Source of the DNA: Acholeplasma laidlawii PG-8A | Lineage (GTDB): Bacteria; Bacillota_I; Bacilli_A; Acholeplasmatales; Acholeplasmataceae | Assembly: GCF_000018785.1 (NCBI RefSeq) | Contig: NC_010163.1 | Location: forward strand, 450,001-482,000 | DNA length: 32,000 nucleotides | Reading direction: 5' to 3' | Shown here: one piece after another, positions 30,301-32,000 of the stretch | How positions within the stretch are numbered: position 1 is the stretch's first letter | Layout: every line of letters begins with the position of its first letter | Program-made: the position numbers and the translations under genes | The notes under the pieces: model-generated | Seen by the model: only the letters and a program-made list of their open reading frames with translations | Told to the model about the DNA's origin: nothing | Database searches by the model: none

Positions 30301-31880
30301 TTTTAAGTAATACTGAAATCGGTGAATTATTCAACATCTTAAATGCATTAGATACTATACCATCCATGACTGTACAAGGATTAATGGATACACTGGATCC
30401 AACCGTTTTAACCTATGAACAAACATCTGATATCATTAATAGTGGAGACTCTATCGTTATTAGATCTTTATTTAGTGATAATTTATTAGGTACTCAAATC
30501 ATTAGTGACCTAACACTTCAAGATGTAGCATATCATGATAATAATGGTACCTATGTATATGATTTAATTAGTTACAATGAAATGAAAAAATTAGTCGATG
30601 CACTTGCTAACTTATTTGAACCAACAGATGTTGTTGTTGACTCTGTTACAAACCTAGATACAGATACATTAACCATTCATAATATGATGCTCATGCATCA
30701 AGAAACATCTAGTATCATCCGCACATTAATGAGTGATTCTATTATTGGGTTTGCAACACCTCAAAGAATCTCTGATGATGCTTATGATCTAATGGCACCA
30801 GGTGATTTAACTTACGTAGAATTAACTAATTTCTTAAATGCGATCGCTGTATTAGATTCTACATATAATGATGGTGACTTAAATAATGACTTACCAGTAA
30901 CAGATTTAGTGGATACATTAGCAGGTACTGTAGGTCAACTTAAACTTGGACAAATGCAAAGTATGCATCAAGAAGGCTCACTGATTATGCAAAAATTCAT
31001 GTCAGAAGGTATTATCACAGCTGTACAAAGACCAAATGTTAGAGATGATGCATTTAGTGACCTAACAATGGAAATGGTTGATCACAGTGAAATTACGAAG
31101 TTACTCCTATCACTTAATGATATTGCATTATCTATGCATGCAAATGATCAAAACTTAGCTGATGATGAAACAATTACCAATGTAGTATCTAACATCTCAA
31201 CAAACCTAGAAACAGCACTGATTCGTACAATAGCTACAAGAGAATCTATTATTGTTTATAGAAAAGTAACAAATGCAATCAATTCAAGCCTACCAGTTGC
31301 AATACCTACACTAGCACTACAAAACCATGCATATACAGGTGATGATATTACATCGACTGAACTTGTTAACTTGACTTACGCGCTTGAAGACTTTGGCTTT
31401 ACAAATATTGATACATCGCTAGTTGACTCCGGGGCATCTGATTTATTAAATGTAAAAGATGCATTAACTAGAAACTCTTATATTATAGATAGAATGATTT
31501 CAGATGCTGTAACTACTGCAGGTTTAGATACTGTAGAATCTCATACTGGTATGGAAGATCCACTAATTGATATTCAAAAAGATGAACTTACAAATTTAGT
31601 AGACGCGTTTATTGCATTTGGTATTAGTGATATCAATAATGCTACAAGTACAAGCATGGCTACATTATATGCAAGTGCTCAAGCAATGAATGAAACCGAA
31701 TTTAACGCTTATATCGATTTTGTTGAACCGTATGATCCATTAACAGAAGATCTCGGATTAACTATCGTTAAAGACTTCTTGATTGCTAAACTAGATAACC
31801 AAATTCCAGATCCGTTTAACTTCCCAAATAATATCTCAGTTACAAACCGTCAAGAACTACATGATTTAATTTACCCATAA
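27341..31880 (+). CDS. Giant membrane-anchored protein (CvpA-like N-terminal membrane region, long repetitive C-terminus) with an apparent frameshift at 27468-27473
   Basis: ATG 27341 follows a strong SD (AAGGGGAGG). Its frame ends at TGA 27479-27481. The overlapping 1477-aa frame (27447-31880) continues the membrane segment (FFIGEIILVFVLLWGLG). Removing one T from T6 gives MEGFDVSLVPTIFLAFQGIVIGLFVLVHIFLGRKRGVVKTFLVFIGEIILVFVLLWGLG. Confidence 0.8.
29440..31630 (+). repeat. About nine degenerate ~80-85 aa (~250 bp) tandem protein repeats
   Basis: Recurring unit opening (S/T)-x-I-I-(R)-x-(F/M/I)-(S/T) and closing E-(L/I)-x-x-(L/F)-x-x-A-(L/I): SSNILYSFLD, SSDIIYKTIDD, MTRLLTTYIKD, SYLIKGFITH, SIVIRSLFSD, SSIIRTLMSD, SLIMQKFMSE, TALIRTIATR, SYIIDRMISD. 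Confidence 0.8.
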
Positions 31881-31894
31881 AAATTTAAGTACTT

Positions 31895-31930
31895 ACAAAC
31901 CCAGAAGAAACTCATTCTGGGTTTGTATCT
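31895..31930 (+). terminator. Probable terminator hairpin after the giant gene
   Basis: Perfect 12-bp stem ACAAACCCAGAA-gaaactca-TTCTGGGTTTGT; weak T tract. Confidence 0.6.
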
Positions 31931-32000
31931 ACGTCATAAGAGTAACATTGAATAAAAAATAATGTATAATAGAACTATGAAAGGTAGGGGATGTGTATGA

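Overview
This AT-rich, low-GC window looks like an Acholeplasma-type mollicute or a close relative. The evidence is that TGA acts as a stop, TGG encodes Trp, and RNA helicase and PTS genes are present; the taxonomy is inference. Most of it is ordinary housekeeping or accessory content: DEAD-box helicase, PTS enzyme I, RumA/TrmA-family methyltransferase, GH13 amylase, two GGDEF proteins, vWA lipoprotein, P1B-4-like metal ATPase, tRNA-Ser(GGA) and tRNA-Val(GAC). Four regions stand out. (1) 2807-8059 is a compact, overlapping three-gene locus resembling type II Wadjet/MukBEF-like JetA-JetB-JetC. It has no JetD nuclease, and PTS enzyme I starts 5 nt after jetC where jetD would be expected. (2) 10097-11552 is a Fic-domain gene plus a DUF5071-like gene, a candidate toxin/immunity or regulatory pair. 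It is preceded by a strong promoter sandwiched between two identical 24-bp palindromic operators and sits next to a tRNA-Ser. (3) 27341-31880 is a giant membrane-anchored protein with about nine degenerate repeats of ~80-85 aa, with an apparent frameshift at a T6 run near its N-terminus. (4) 26970-26984 is an exact match to the PerR-box consensus upstream of a PfeT-like ATPase. A ClC transporter (14877-16468) is also split by an apparent frameshift. All assignments are from reading the sequence; no database search was run.
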